64,000 nucleotides of DNA from an uncultured Bacteroidales bacterium (GCA_946624065.1 CAMORT010000004.1:5142-69141); one strand, 5' to 3'; shown: positions 52,293 through 61,632, counted from the stretch's first letter. Notes: generated from the sequence alone by a model not told the origin. Made by a program: numbers and translations.

Positions 52293-52325
52293 AAAAAAAC
52301 ACGCTGAATTCAGCGTGTTTTTCTT
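52293..52325 (-). terminator. Rho-independent terminator after tRNA-Gln
   Basis: The palindrome AACACGCTGAA/TTCAGCGTGTT (52298-52319) is followed on the minus strand by a T-run (plus-strand A-run at 52293-52299). Confidence 0.65.
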
Positions 52326-52335
52326 TTCATTTCTG

Positions 52336-52406
52336 TTGCCCCGATAGGACTCGAACCCATACAAACAGAACCAGAATCTGCTGTGCTACCATTACACCAC
52401 AGGGCA
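52336..52406 (-). tRNA. tRNA-Gln (anticodon CUG)
   Basis: The 71-nt cloverleaf was folded by hand. The acceptor is UGCCCUG/CGGGGCA with U1-A72, and the D-loop is AAUGGUA. The anticodon stem is GCAGA/UCUGU with loop UUCUGGU. The T-arm is AUGGG-UUCGAGU-CCUAU. CCA is not encoded. Confidence 0.9.
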
Positions 52407-52421
52407 ATTCGTTTGAGCGCG

Positions 52422-52429
52422 CAAAAATA
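52422..52429 (-). promoter_or_regulatory. Candidate -7 box (TATTTTTG on the minus strand) for tRNA-Gln
   Basis: The plus-strand sequence CAAAAATA lies 16 nt upstream of the mature tRNA 5' end. Confidence 0.5.
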
Positions 52430-52481
52430 CATTTTTTTTTGAAACACGCTCAAACGAATTATTATTTTTTTGTTTTTTCTT

Positions 52482-53636
52482 TTATGAGACGAAGACCACT
52501 TCGTACCAGAGGTATCCGCTCACCACTACTTCTTTGTAGTACACGTTATCAACTTTGAAGTACACATTGCCGTCGAGTACAATCTCTTCGTAGTTGCTGG
52601 GCAGTTCTGCCACACGTGCTCCGATGGGAGGTGCCACCACTTCGTAGTCATTCTTTCTCGGCACATAGAAGGTTCCATCATCGTAGTAGTAGGTCACATT
52701 TCTGTGGATTACGATCACCGGTCTCCAGGTGTGGAAGATGGTGTGGGCAATCACGGCTCCGATAGGCGGGCGGCAGATTATGTAGTATCCGTTGATATAG
52801 CGGCAGAAGACGCTGTTGTAGAAGTAGTAGGGCATGCCGTGATAGTACACCGGGCGGATGTGACGCGGAACATTCATGTGATATCCGAAATTGTGGTGAT
52901 TCGGGTGCACATACGGCATGGGTTTCGGTGCGGGTCCAGCACCAGGAGCACCTGCGTGTCCGTGATTCTGCGGAGCCGGCTGCGGACGTGCCTGACCATG
53001 CTCATTGTAGCCTCTCTTGGTAGCATCATCCGTTGTAGCGCTGGCAGTGGGCGCGGGACCTCTGCTGGAAACACTGCTGCTGGCAGCGGGCTTGTTGCTT
53101 ACCGTGGCGGTTCCACTGCTTGTACGAGCGTTGGTTGCCGTAGAAGACGGTGTTGCCGTAGTGGGTTTTGTGCTCACACTACCCGTTCTGCTTGCGGAGG
53201 TGGGAGTGGATGCGGGTCTTGCTGTTGAAGAACCAGCACTGGCAGGTGTCCGTGACACGGATGATCCGCTTGAACTGGTATTGGCAGGTCTTGTAGTTGC
53301 TGCCGAGGACGGTCTTGCCGTAGAGTTGGAAGCGGGTCTGGCAGTTTGAGAGGAAGTCTGACGACTTACCGTGGTTGGTCTGGATGTGCTTGACGGACGA
53401 GCCGTTGCGTTGGAACGAGATGCTGCTGTTGATTGAGCTCTTTGGTAACTATTGTTCGCTTTGTTTAGTTGAGCATCCCCCCTTTGCATTTGGCGATTTG
53501 CCTGGGTGCTTACCGATGTAGTTTGAGTTCTACTACTGCTGGGAGCAGTTTGCCGTGCAGGCGCCTGGGCCATAACTTCCGTGAGGGTCAAACTCCCTAC
53601 ACAGAGCATCAACGACAGGATTAAGTTCTTTTTCAT
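52482..53636 (-). CDS. Secreted protein with a Ser/Thr/Ala/Pro/Arg-rich disordered region and a Tyr-rich C-terminal domain (DUF6515-like pattern)
   Basis: The ORF is 384 aa with a signal peptide. TARP(A/S)S-type repeats are present. The C-terminus reads YYHGMPYYFYNSVFCRYINGYYIICRPPIGAVI...YEVVAPPIGARVAELPSNYEEIVLDGNVYFKVDNVYYKEV. Confidence 0.7.
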   Translation of the reverse strand: MKKNLILSLMLCVGSLTLTEVMAQAPARQTAPSSSRTQTTSVSTQANRQMQRGDAQLNKANNSYQRAQSTAASRSNATARPSSTSRPTTVSRQTSSQTARPASNSTARPSSAATTRPANTSSSGSSVSRTPASAGSSTARPASTPTSASRTGSVSTKPTTATPSSTATNARTSSGTATVSNKPAASSSVSSRGPAPTASATTDDATKRGYNEHGQARPQPAPQNHGHAGAPGAGPAPKPMPYVHPNHHNFGYHMNVPRHIRPVYYHGMPYYFYNSVFCRYINGYYIICRPPIGAVIAHTIFHTWRPVIVIHRNVTYYYDDGTFYVPRKNDYEVVAPPIGARVAELPSNYEEIVLDGNVYFKVDNVYYKEVVVSGYLWYEVVFVS

Positions 53637-53703
53637 CTCTTTAAGATTTTAGATTGTTATAAAATCAATGTCAAAGACAACGAACAATCTATAATGTTTA
53701 AAA

Positions 53704-55812
53704 TTAGTGTTGGATGATTAATCGTTTTGTCATCACTTTGCGTTCGTCACTTAGCGTAACTGTATAAAAACCAGCAGGTAACGAACGAATATCCATATTA
53801 GAATTATGGTGATCCAACGACTGCTGTATCAACAATCTTCCTGTAATATCATATATGGAAGCCGTAACTTGGGCACTTGATCCGGGAAAATGGACATGAA
53901 TTTCAGTGGAGGCAGGATTAGGAAATATGGTAAAGGTGTCGTCTTCCGCCTCTTCAATTCCAGCAGGCGAATAGTCGCTGTCCCATCTGAGTTCAAAACC
54001 ATCCCCATTCAAATAATTGTCGGAACGGAATTCAAAAGCAATATTATTAGAATAGAAGATCATATCGTCAGGCAGTTCTGAGCCCTGAATGGTAGCCAAC
54101 AATTCTTTAGGAAATACACTACGGTCGTAGATGAACAAATAATCACCTTCGGCAATATCCAATTCAGTAAAAGAAACGCTAACCCAAGATGCGTGCGGAA
54201 GCGAGAGTCTCCACACACAATTGGCGTTGGATCTGTACTTCATATCCCCGCTACCATCTGTCAAGACTCCCCTGTATTTGCGAATGACATTGGACTGGCA
54301 AGATGCCTCATGGCGGGAAACCGAGTATTTCAAACGCCAACCTGGCGCGGTCACAGAATCATCCGTAACGAAGGTAATATACAGACTGTCTGTCTGGCAG
54401 TTGAATGAATTTTCGGAGGGCATGGAACCGGAGAAGGATTTAAGCAAACGCCCTTGGTTAGGATGCCCGTCCCAGAAAGAAAGGGAGTCATGGCCTTGTT
54501 GCGTCTCAAAGGCAAGCAATTGCACATGAACACTATAGGCGCTATCCTCCGTAATCACATAGGTACAATTGGCATTATTCAGATAATCCAAGGAGTTGCT
54601 TCCGTCTTCAAGCGTACCGCTGGCGCACTTAATAATGTTATTGGCACAATAGTAAGGGTAGTCGGGACTGCCCGGATAAATGTTCCGCACCACTCGTTGG
54701 GAGTGACTGTATCCGCCAACCGCATTGGAGTCGGCCGGCACCGCTTTCAGGATATAAAAACCGTTTGAGGATCCACCCCAACCGAAGTTGAAATGGAAAT
54801 AGTCTCTGTTATCATAGCCGTCGCACACAAAGGCGTGGCAACCCTCGTCGCTGCAACCGGAATAATAGAGCGGGCGACTTGCGTCCAGATTCTCTTTCAG
54901 AATGTTTTTCCACTGGCTCAGACTATAACTCGAGCGTTCCAGGTATTCGCAATTGGTGCTGTATCCGAAATAATGTGTCAAAGCCCAAGGCACATCTTGA
55001 GAATATGCGCCGGAGCCATCCGCACCATACATCATGTCCACCGCCGTGCCGCAATGGAAGATCAATTTGGCAACTTCGTTGTTGTAGAAGTCCAACTTGT
55101 CACTCATGGCCTCATAAAAATAGTTTTGCTGGGAGAAGTTCACATAGAAATCTCCGTAATCTGTATGGTTTGTGTGAAAACCTTGTCCACTATGCGGATA
55201 GCGATAGTAGTACATTATCATGGCCATGGCCACAGCCACACATCCATTGGGCGTGCGCATGTCGTATCCGCCGGGAGCTTCGGGATCGATTGGGGAATAT
55301 GCGTTGTAATAGCGTGTTTGGTTCCAAAGGGCTGTGATCAGGGGGTGCACAATAACGGTATCCTGGTCTTTGGTTCCATAGGCATAATCCAAAGCATCCC
55401 ATTGGTGCCGCACCTCTTCCGATGGAGTAATTTGCTGATTACGGGCATATTGCACCTGGCTGGCATAATACTCTATCCACATGTTGGCAGCGGGCGCGGG
55501 ATTCTCATAATCATATTGCTGGTCGGTGGAATAGGCCAGCATGGGCATCACCGCATCATCAGCGGCCATCACGATAAAACCCTTCGGGAAATTCACGATC
55601 AGCAATAGCGTATCGTGCTGTTTTACCACAAAATGATAGTCTTTAGGCAATGAACATTCCTCCGGAGAACCGGCGGGGAGCACCTGCTGGAAAGCCGCAA
55701 CCGCCTTGTTCATTAAATATTTAGGGGTGACGGGGGCTGCGAAAGTGGAATTCACCACCATCAGTAACCCTGTCAGGAATGCCAATAAAAAGATTTTATT
55801 TTTCATTTTCAA
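53704..55812 (-). CDS. Peptidase C10 (streptopain/PrtT-like cysteine protease) with two CUB-like domains and a T9SS C-terminal sorting domain
   Basis: The ORF is 702 aa. The catalytic Cys context is NGCVAVAMAMIMYYYRYP and the His context is EGCHAFVCDGY. The CUB-like segments are DSLSFWDGHPNQGRLLKSFSG and GDYLFIYDRSVFPKELLATIQG. The CTD is FTIFPNPASTEIHVHF...GFYTVTLSDERKVMTKRLIIQH. Confidence 0.88.
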   Translation of the reverse strand: MKMKNKIFLLAFLTGLLMVVNSTFAAPVTPKYLMNKAVAAFQQVLPAGSPEECSLPKDYHFVVKQHDTLLLIVNFPKGFIVMAADDAVMPMLAYSTDQQYDYENPAPAANMWIEYYASQVQYARNQQITPSEEVRHQWDALDYAYGTKDQDTVIVHPLITALWNQTRYYNAYSPIDPEAPGGYDMRTPNGCVAVAMAMIMYYYRYPHSGQGFHTNHTDYGDFYVNFSQQNYFYEAMSDKLDFYNNEVAKLIFHCGTAVDMMYGADGSGAYSQDVPWALTHYFGYSTNCEYLERSSYSLSQWKNILKENLDASRPLYYSGCSDEGCHAFVCDGYDNRDYFHFNFGWGGSSNGFYILKAVPADSNAVGGYSHSQRVVRNIYPGSPDYPYYCANNIIKCASGTLEDGSNSLDYLNNANCTYVITEDSAYSVHVQLLAFETQQGHDSLSFWDGHPNQGRLLKSFSGSMPSENSFNCQTDSLYITFVTDDSVTAPGWRLKYSVSRHEASCQSNVIRKYRGVLTDGSGDMKYRSNANCVWRLSLPHASWVSVSFTELDIAEGDYLFIYDRSVFPKELLATIQGSELPDDMIFYSNNIAFEFRSDNYLNGDGFELRWDSDYSPAGIEEAEDDTFTIFPNPASTEIHVHFPGSSAQVTASIYDITGRLLIQQSLDHHNSNMDIRSLPAGFYTVTLSDERKVMTKRLIIQH

Positions 55813-55832
55813 TTTTTTAAAGGGTGCAAAAA

Positions 55833-55868
55833 TAAAAAAATTAGGATACTTGACGACAAATATCCTAA
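55833..55868 (-). terminator. Rho-independent terminator after the four-helix-bundle gene, overlapping the protease promoter
   Basis: TTAGGATA (55841-55848) pairs with TATCCTAA (55861-55868). On the minus strand it is followed by TTTTTTTATTTTTG, which also contains the -7 box (55827-55834) for the C10 protease gene. Confidence 0.5.
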
Positions 55869-55891
55869 TTAATTTATAAGTTTGCGGTCAA

Positions 55892-56344
55892 CTAAAAGTT
55901 GTTAATGTCAGGGATAGGGTCCATCAGATCGTCATCTTTGTCCTCGCGCATAGAACTGCCCGTGGAGCGTTGAAGCGAGGCGATGAGCGAACCGATCATC
56001 TTGGTGAGTTCCATCAACTGGTTGCGGGAATGCTCGGTGGATTCTACCGGGAAAAGGCCTTTTTTGGACAGGATTTCGGTGAACACCACGCACTCGCGCA
56101 CGGAACTCTTGGCCATTTTAAGATAATACAAGAACTGCGTTTTGCTGCGGGATGATCCTTCCGCTGTATGCAATGCGATATTCTGTGCGGATTTAAGGAA
56201 AGATTCAACCAAAACTTTTTGAGTAATAGTGTTTTCCAATTTGCCTAATTCATCATATAGCCAAACAATATAATCCATCGCTTTGGCATATATTCTCAGA
56301 TCCTCAAACCTGAAGAAGCTAACGTTGTTATCGTTTTCGTTCAT
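55892..56344 (-). CDS. Four-helix-bundle protein (23S rRNA intervening-sequence protein / S23-like family, TIGR02436-like) with an acidic C-terminal tail
   Basis: The 150-aa ORF contains FRFEDLRIYAKAMDYIVWLY...AQNIALHTAEGSSRSKTQFLYYLKMAKSSVRECVVFTEIL. Confidence 0.8.
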   Translation of the reverse strand: MNENDNNVSFFRFEDLRIYAKAMDYIVWLYDELGKLENTITQKVLVESFLKSAQNIALHTAEGSSRSKTQFLYYLKMAKSSVRECVVFTEILSKKGLFPVESTEHSRNQLMELTKMIGSLIASLQRSTGSSMREDKDDDLMDPIPDINNF

Positions 56345-56492
56345 AATACTTAATCTTTATAAAGTTAATAATAGGCACCAAAAATAATTTTTTTTTTCAA
56401 ATCCGCAACTTTTTTTATGTTTTTTTGTTGTTTTTTTTCATCGTCTTGCATTTAAAGCGGCACCGATAGAGGAAAACAAAACCAAATTTTAT

Positions 56493-56500
56493 TAATTTTG
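56493..56500 (+). promoter_or_regulatory. Candidate -7 box (TAATTTTG) for the M23 peptidase-phoH-lpxK gene string
   Basis: The TAnnTTTG motif lies 32 nt upstream of the ATG at 56532. Confidence 0.45.
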
Positions 56501-56531
56501 CAGCCGCTAAAACATACTGTCATTTTATAAA

Positions 56532-57440
56532 ATGGGGAAGTTTCAGAAGATCAAAAACATTTGGAAGATAATCGTCAAGGATTGGAAGACGCGGTATCGT
56601 CTGGTTTTTTCCAATGAAGAAACCTTGGAGCAGCGTTTTGTGGTCAGGCACATCACCATTCAAAAAGTGTTTGTGGTAGCCGTCCTCGCCGCTTTCATTG
56701 TTTTCCTGCTCACAACCGTCCTCATTGCGCTGACCCCATTGCGCTTGTACATACCGGGTTACACCTCCAACAAAGACTACAAGATGTATCGACAGGCGGC
56801 CAACAAGATTGATTCGTTGGAGAAGGTTATCGCCTACAATCAGGAGTACATTGACCATTTTTCCGCCATGGCAAAAGGAGAAGTGCCCACGGCTGAAGAG
56901 ATGGACAAGAATGCGGCCGCCACACCGCAGGTGCACACCCGTGAACGCCGCAAGGACCTGGCGAAACAGACTCAGAACATCATCGAAGAGGCCGAGATGA
57001 TTTTGGGGCGCGTGCATAACAACAGCACCGTATCCAAGCCCAGTATTGACCAAGCCAAAATCAGCAACCTCTCCATATACCCACCCGCATTAGGTGCGGT
57101 TACGCGTGTGTTCAACCTCGGAGAGAACCATTTTGGCATTGACATCAACGGGAACAGAAACAGCGCTGTGAACTGCGTGGCCAACGGGGTGGTCATCTTC
57201 GCCGGTTTCAACGCCAACGACGGCCATGTCATCATCGTGCAACACCCGGGAAATCTGATTTCCGTGTACAAGCGGAACTCCTCATTACTAAAAAAATGCG
57301 GCGACAAAGTGTATGCCGGAACCCCCATTGCCATTATGGGAAACAGCGGTGCCGCAGAGGGGAAGACCACCCACCTGCACTTTGAATTGTGGTATAACGG
57401 ATTCCCTATCAACCCATTAGATTATCTTGTCATTCATTAG
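56532..57440 (+). CDS. M23 family metallopeptidase (membrane-anchored)
   Basis: The ORF is 302 aa with an N-terminal TM helix. It contains HFGIDINGNRNSAVNCVANGVVIFAG...GHVIIVQHPGNLISVY...HLHFELWYNGFPINP. Confidence 0.9.
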   Translation: MGKFQKIKNIWKIIVKDWKTRYRLVFSNEETLEQRFVVRHITIQKVFVVAVLAAFIVFLLTTVLIALTPLRLYIPGYTSNKDYKMYRQAANKIDSLEKVIAYNQEYIDHFSAMAKGEVPTAEEMDKNAAATPQVHTRERRKDLAKQTQNIIEEAEMILGRVHNNSTVSKPSIDQAKISNLSIYPPALGAVTRVFNLGENHFGIDINGNRNSAVNCVANGVVIFAGFNANDGHVIIVQHPGNLISVYKRNSSLLKKCGDKVYAGTPIAIMGNSGAAEGKTTHLHFELWYNGFPINPLDYLVIH

Positions 57441-57443
57441 AAT

Positions 57444-58463
57444 ATGGAAAAAACAATCAGTATAGAGCCCTCTGATGTGGTCGGATTGTACGGCAGTCAG
57501 AACGCGAATATAGAACTGCTCAAAAACATTTTCCCTAAGTTGAAAATCATTGCCCGAGGCAACGACATCAAGGTGGCGGGCGAGGATCACGAAGTGGAAC
57601 TTTTTGAAGAGCGCGTGCAACTATTGGTTAAGCATTTGGAAGAGTACGGGAAACTGACCGAAACCGACATTCTGAACATCATCGCCATGGAAGACGACAG
57701 TTTTTACCGTTTGGACGGCGATGGCAGCAATGTCATTGTGCACGGACGCGAGGGGAAAATCATCAAAGCCATCACACCCAACCAGAAAAAGATGGTGGAG
57801 AGCGCCAACAAGAACGACATGGTGTTTGCCATCGGTCCTGCCGGCACCGGGAAAACCTACACAGCCGTCGCTCTTGCCGTCAGAGCACTGAAAAACAAAC
57901 AGATACGCCGAATCATCCTGACCCGTCCGGCGGTGGAGGCAGGCGAAAATTTAGGTTTTCTGCCCGGTGATTTACGGGACAAACTGGACCCCTATTTGCA
58001 ACCGCTGTACGATGCGCTGTGGGATATGATTCCCATGCAGAAGCTCATGTCGTACATGGAGGACAAGGTCATTGAGATTGCGCCGTTAGCTTTCATGCGC
58101 GGACGCACTTTGGACAATGCCTATGTCATCCTCGATGAAGCGCAAAACGCCACTTCGGCGCAGTTGAAGATGTTTCTCACCCGTATGGGCAAGAATGCCA
58201 AATTCTTCATCACCGGTGACATCACGCAAATTGACCTGCCCAAGAACCAGCAGTCGGGACTTATTCAGGCCGACCGCATTTTGAGCAAGATTCCGGGCAT
58301 TGACTTCATCTACATGGACGCTCGCGACGTGGTGCGCCATCATTTGGTGACCAAAATCATCAAGAGTTACGAAGATTACGAGGAAAAGCAGGCCGCTTAC
58401 GAGCAGAAACGCAAAGAAGAGCGATTGGCGCAAAAGGCGGAAAACAAAACGGCAAATGAGTAA
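57444..58463 (+). CDS. phoH: PhoH family ATPase
   Basis: The 339-aa ORF contains AIGPAGTGKTYTAVALAV...ILTRPAVEAGENLGFLPGD...VILDEAQN. Confidence 0.93.
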   Translation: MEKTISIEPSDVVGLYGSQNANIELLKNIFPKLKIIARGNDIKVAGEDHEVELFEERVQLLVKHLEEYGKLTETDILNIIAMEDDSFYRLDGDGSNVIVHGREGKIIKAITPNQKKMVESANKNDMVFAIGPAGTGKTYTAVALAVRALKNKQIRRIILTRPAVEAGENLGFLPGDLRDKLDPYLQPLYDALWDMIPMQKLMSYMEDKVIEIAPLAFMRGRTLDNAYVILDEAQNATSAQLKMFLTRMGKNAKFFITGDITQIDLPKNQQSGLIQADRILSKIPGIDFIYMDARDVVRHHLVTKIIKSYEDYEEKQAAYEQKRKEERLAQKAENKTANE

Positions 58464-59532
58464 ATCACTGAAAATCAGATATTATCTATATCCTTTCGCT
58501 TGGATTTTCGGAGGTATTGCCTGGATACGCCGCCGTTTGTACAAGGCCGGCATCCTAAAGACCTACCAACCCGAGATTCCGGTGGTTTGCGTAGGCAATA
58601 TCGCCATCGGGGGAACGGGAAAGACCCCTCATGCGGGATTCATTACCCGGGTGCTGTCGAAGCAATACCATGTATCCATGCTGAGTCGCGGTTACGGGCG
58701 CACAAGCAAAGGTTACATCTTGGCCAACACCACGCCCATGGAGCAACTGTCGGCGGCCCTAATTGGCGACGAACCGCTGCAATTGCACGAGCGTTTTCCA
58801 TCGTTGCCGTTGGCGGTGGCGGAGAACCGGAAAGAGGGCATCCGGAAGTTGTTGGAGTACGCGCCCGACACGGATGTCATCGTCATGGACGACGCCTACC
58901 AGCATTTGTCGGTAACCCCCACCCTGAGGATGATTCTGACCGAATACGCACGGCCCTATTTCGAAGACTACCCCATGCCCGCGGGACGGTTGCGGGAATT
59001 TCCGTCTGCCGTGGCAGATGCCGACCTCGTAGTTGTCACCAAAGTGACCGACGAGATGGAGGCGATTGACCGTGACGCATGGCGCAAGCGGTTGGGACTC
59101 CGTGATGACCAGCCACTCTTTTTCACACGGTACCAGTACGCTGCGCCGGAGCCCGTGACTGCCGCCGCGCAAAATCTAACGCTGACTTCCGACACTGACA
59201 TCATCCTCATGACCGGCATCGCGCGCTCACAACCCTTATACGAGCATCTTCAAACCAACTATCACATTTCCAAACACATAAAATATCCTGACCATCACCG
59301 TTATACGATTTCTGAAATCGAACAACTGAAAAAATATTTCGGTGAGAACAGCGTTTTATTCACTACGGAAAAAGACTGGATGCGTCTGCAAGGCGAGAGC
59401 TTCAAAAAAACATTATCTTTGCTGCCCGTATTCATTTTGCCGATTGAAATCGAATTTTTAACTGAAGAAGAACATCAAACATTTATCCATATTTTAAAAG
59501 ACCATGTTAGAAGAACGCAGAAAAAAAATTGA
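58456..59532 (+). CDS. lpxK: Tetraacyldisaccharide 4'-kinase
   Basis: The 358-aa ORF contains VVCVGNIAIGGTGKTPH...LSRGYGR...DDAYQH. Confidence 0.92.
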   Translation: MSKSLKIRYYLYPFAWIFGGIAWIRRRLYKAGILKTYQPEIPVVCVGNIAIGGTGKTPHAGFITRVLSKQYHVSMLSRGYGRTSKGYILANTTPMEQLSAALIGDEPLQLHERFPSLPLAVAENRKEGIRKLLEYAPDTDVIVMDDAYQHLSVTPTLRMILTEYARPYFEDYPMPAGRLREFPSAVADADLVVVTKVTDEMEAIDRDAWRKRLGLRDDQPLFFTRYQYAAPEPVTAAAQNLTLTSDTDIILMTGIARSQPLYEHLQTNYHISKHIKYPDHHRYTISEIEQLKKYFGENSVLFTTEKDWMRLQGESFKKTLSLLPVFILPIEIEFLTEEEHQTFIHILKDHVRRTQKKN

Positions 59533-60328
59533 GGAAACCATTTCCTATCTCAATAACAGAAAACACATCAGCCCTAAAATCGCCATCGTATTGGGCTCCG
59601 GCTTGGGCGGACTCACGCAATCCATGGAAATCGTGGATGAGATTCCTTACACGGAGATTCCGAATTTCCCCGTTTCCACAGTAAAGGGACATAAGGGGAC
59701 CATGATATTCGGCCGGCTGGGTGGCGTCGAAGTATTGGTCTTCAATGGCCGGATGCACTATTATGAGGGTTATCCGATGGATGTGGTCACCTATCCCCAG
59801 CAGATACTGAAAGGACTGGGTATCAATATTTTAATCTTATCCAATGCGGCGGGCGGCATGAATCCCACCTTTAAGGTTGGCGACATCATGATCATCAAGG
59901 ACCACATCAATCTGTTTGGCAACAACCCGTTGATGGGACCGAATGACGATGAGTTGGGTCCGCGTTTCCCGAACATGAGCGAGGTTTATTCGCACCGGCT
60001 CATCAAACTGGCGTACGAGAAGTCGAAAGAGACGGGCGTGCACTTGCAAGAGGGCGTCTATATGGGCGTTTCAGGACCTTGTTTCGAGACTCCCGCCGAG
60101 TATCGGATGTTCCATATCATGGGCGCTGACGCTGTGGGCATGTCCACGGTACCGGAAGCCATCATGGCGCATCACAGAGGTTTGGAAATCTTTGCTTTGT
60201 CTGTCATCACCGACCTTGGTGTGGTTGGGCAAGTAATGGAAGCCTCGCATGAAGAGGTGTTGCAGGCCGCCAACACGGCAGGTCCGAACATGGTAAAGTT
60301 GATTTGCGCGATGCTGCCTGAGATGTAA
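59504..60328 (+). CDS. punA: Purine nucleoside phosphorylase (PNP-I, inosine/guanosine type)
   Basis: The 274-aa ORF contains VKGHKGTMIFGRLGGVEVLVFNGRMHYYEGY...GVSGPCFETPAEYRMF...GADAVGMSTVPE. Its start overlaps the lpxK 3' end by 29 nt. Confidence 0.9.
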   Translation: MLEERRKKIEETISYLNNRKHISPKIAIVLGSGLGGLTQSMEIVDEIPYTEIPNFPVSTVKGHKGTMIFGRLGGVEVLVFNGRMHYYEGYPMDVVTYPQQILKGLGINILILSNAAGGMNPTFKVGDIMIIKDHINLFGNNPLMGPNDDELGPRFPNMSEVYSHRLIKLAYEKSKETGVHLQEGVYMGVSGPCFETPAEYRMFHIMGADAVGMSTVPEAIMAHHRGLEIFALSVITDLGVVGQVMEASHEEVLQAANTAGPNMVKLICAMLPEM

Positions 60329-60330
60329 GA

Positions 60331-60696
60331 TTAGAAAACCACGGGCAACAGCAGTTCCACGATAATAGCCACGAGCACGGCCACCAGGGCCACCCGGACT
60401 AATCCACGATTTTTCCAAGCCATGACAATAGCCACCATTGTTGCGATAGCGGCGGAGGCGAAGTGTGGTGTGGTTGCACCTGTTGGTGTGGTGGAATAGA
60501 GCACATCGGGGAAGGTCATGGCCGAAAGCACACAGAACGGGATATAGAACAAAAAGTCCTGAATCCATTCGTTTTCCATCTTTTTCCGCACAAAACCGAT
60601 GGGTATCACGCGAATAAGATAAGTGGTGAGTGCCATGATCACCATACAGATGGCGACATTCTGCATACTACACATGGGCACCTCCTTCCTGAACAT
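60331..60696 (-). CDS. azlD: Branched-chain amino acid exporter small subunit AzlD
   Basis: This small hydrophobic protein contains LTTYLIRVIPIGFVRKKM... and lies directly downstream of azlC. The true start may be an internal Met (60675 or 60666), which would reduce the overlap with azlC. Confidence 0.8.
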   Translation of the reverse strand: MFRKEVPMCSMQNVAICMVIMALTTYLIRVIPIGFVRKKMENEWIQDFLFYIPFCVLSAMTFPDVLYSTTPTGATTPHFASAAIATMVAIVMAWKNRGLVRVALVAVLVAIIVELLLPVVF

Positions 60697-61408
60697 TTCT
60701 TCTTCTAAACCGTTTCACCTCCTTGATAGAGGCGCAGATAGCGGCACCGAGGATGGCGGAAATGATAATAGCCCAGCCCCCGCCGCCGCTCTTGGAGAGC
60801 ACATTGATGCCGGGCACATATTTGAACAGGCAGGAGAGCAATGCGGAAACGATGACCGCAATGGCCACTTTCCTACCCTTACGGGCTGGCGGGATGATGA
60901 TAGCGATGAACATGCAGTAGAGGGCGATGCCGAAGCAGCCCTGGAGCATGGGCGAGAGCAAGCTGGAGGCCACTGCGCCAAGGCATGTGCCGAGTGTCCA
61001 CCCGAAAATCGGGGTGGCCATCAAACCGCCGAAGAACGGGAAGTTGACATCGTCTTTTTCCATGGAAGCGAGCGCGAAGACCTCATCGGTGATGCAGAAG
61101 GCCATGATGGCGCGCTTGTAAAACGGCATCTCCGGTGCCACTTTCTGTGAGAGGGAAAGCGACATCAGCATATAGCGCAGATTGATGACAAAAGTGGTGA
61201 TTACCAGTTCAATATAAGGTGCGCCGCCCTCGATGAGGCGTATGCCGGCAAACTGGCCCGCCGAAGCCATGTTGGTGAGTGAGATAATCGTAGCCTCCAA
61301 CGGATTGAAGCCCATCTTCACGGCAATCAATCCGAAGGTAAAAGAGACGGGAATGTAACCCAAGCAGATGGGAAATCCCTTCTTTATACCCCTAATAAAC
61401 TCATTCAT
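60668..61408 (-). CDS. azlC: Branched-chain amino acid exporter AzlC family protein
   Basis: The 246-aa polytopic protein contains GIKKGFPICLGYIPVSFTFGLIAVKMGF...NMASAGQFAGI. Confidence 0.88.
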   Translation of the reverse strand: MNEFIRGIKKGFPICLGYIPVSFTFGLIAVKMGFNPLEATIISLTNMASAGQFAGIRLIEGGAPYIELVITTFVINLRYMLMSLSLSQKVAPEMPFYKRAIMAFCITDEVFALASMEKDDVNFPFFGGLMATPIFGWTLGTCLGAVASSLLSPMLQGCFGIALYCMFIAIIIPPARKGRKVAIAVIVSALLSCLFKYVPGINVLSKSGGGGWAIIISAILGAAICASIKEVKRFRRRNVQEGGAHV

Positions 61409-61511
61409 AGATGATTATCTTTTCAATTTTGAGATTGCAAAGATAGTAAAAATTTAGTTCTCAAAAATGACATAAAATATGGCCAACGGGATTAATGTAG
61501 AATTATTTTTA

Positions 61512-61519
61512 TATATTTG
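61512..61519 (+). promoter_or_regulatory. Candidate -7 box (TATATTTG) upstream of the tandem lipoprotein genes
   Basis: The TAnnTTTG motif lies about 115 nt upstream of the conserved leader repeat that starts at 61633. Confidence 0.4.
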
Positions 61520-61632
61520 CGAACATATTTTTTAGCATACAGCAAATATTATCATTAATCAACTCAGAAAGAATTAGACATCAATTTCAGAACATATATG
61601 CACATGATGAATGGACTAAGGGAAGAGCTAAG

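Noticed and set aside
54793-55608. A 271-aa + strand ORF and neighbours inside the C10 protease gene
   Set aside because: They are antisense shadows of a CDS with clear catalytic and CTD motifs.
55892-56344. The possibility that the four-helix-bundle gene marks a diversity-generating retroelement (Avd-like)
   Set aside because: There is no reverse transcriptase gene nearby. I saw no template/variable repeat pair in the flanking sequence.
60071-61150. ORFs 60071-60568 (-), 60463-60708 (+), 60623-61150 (+) and 60715-60981 (-)
   Set aside because: They overlap the PNP gene and azlC/azlD in other frames or strands. The membrane-protein frames are clearly the real ones.
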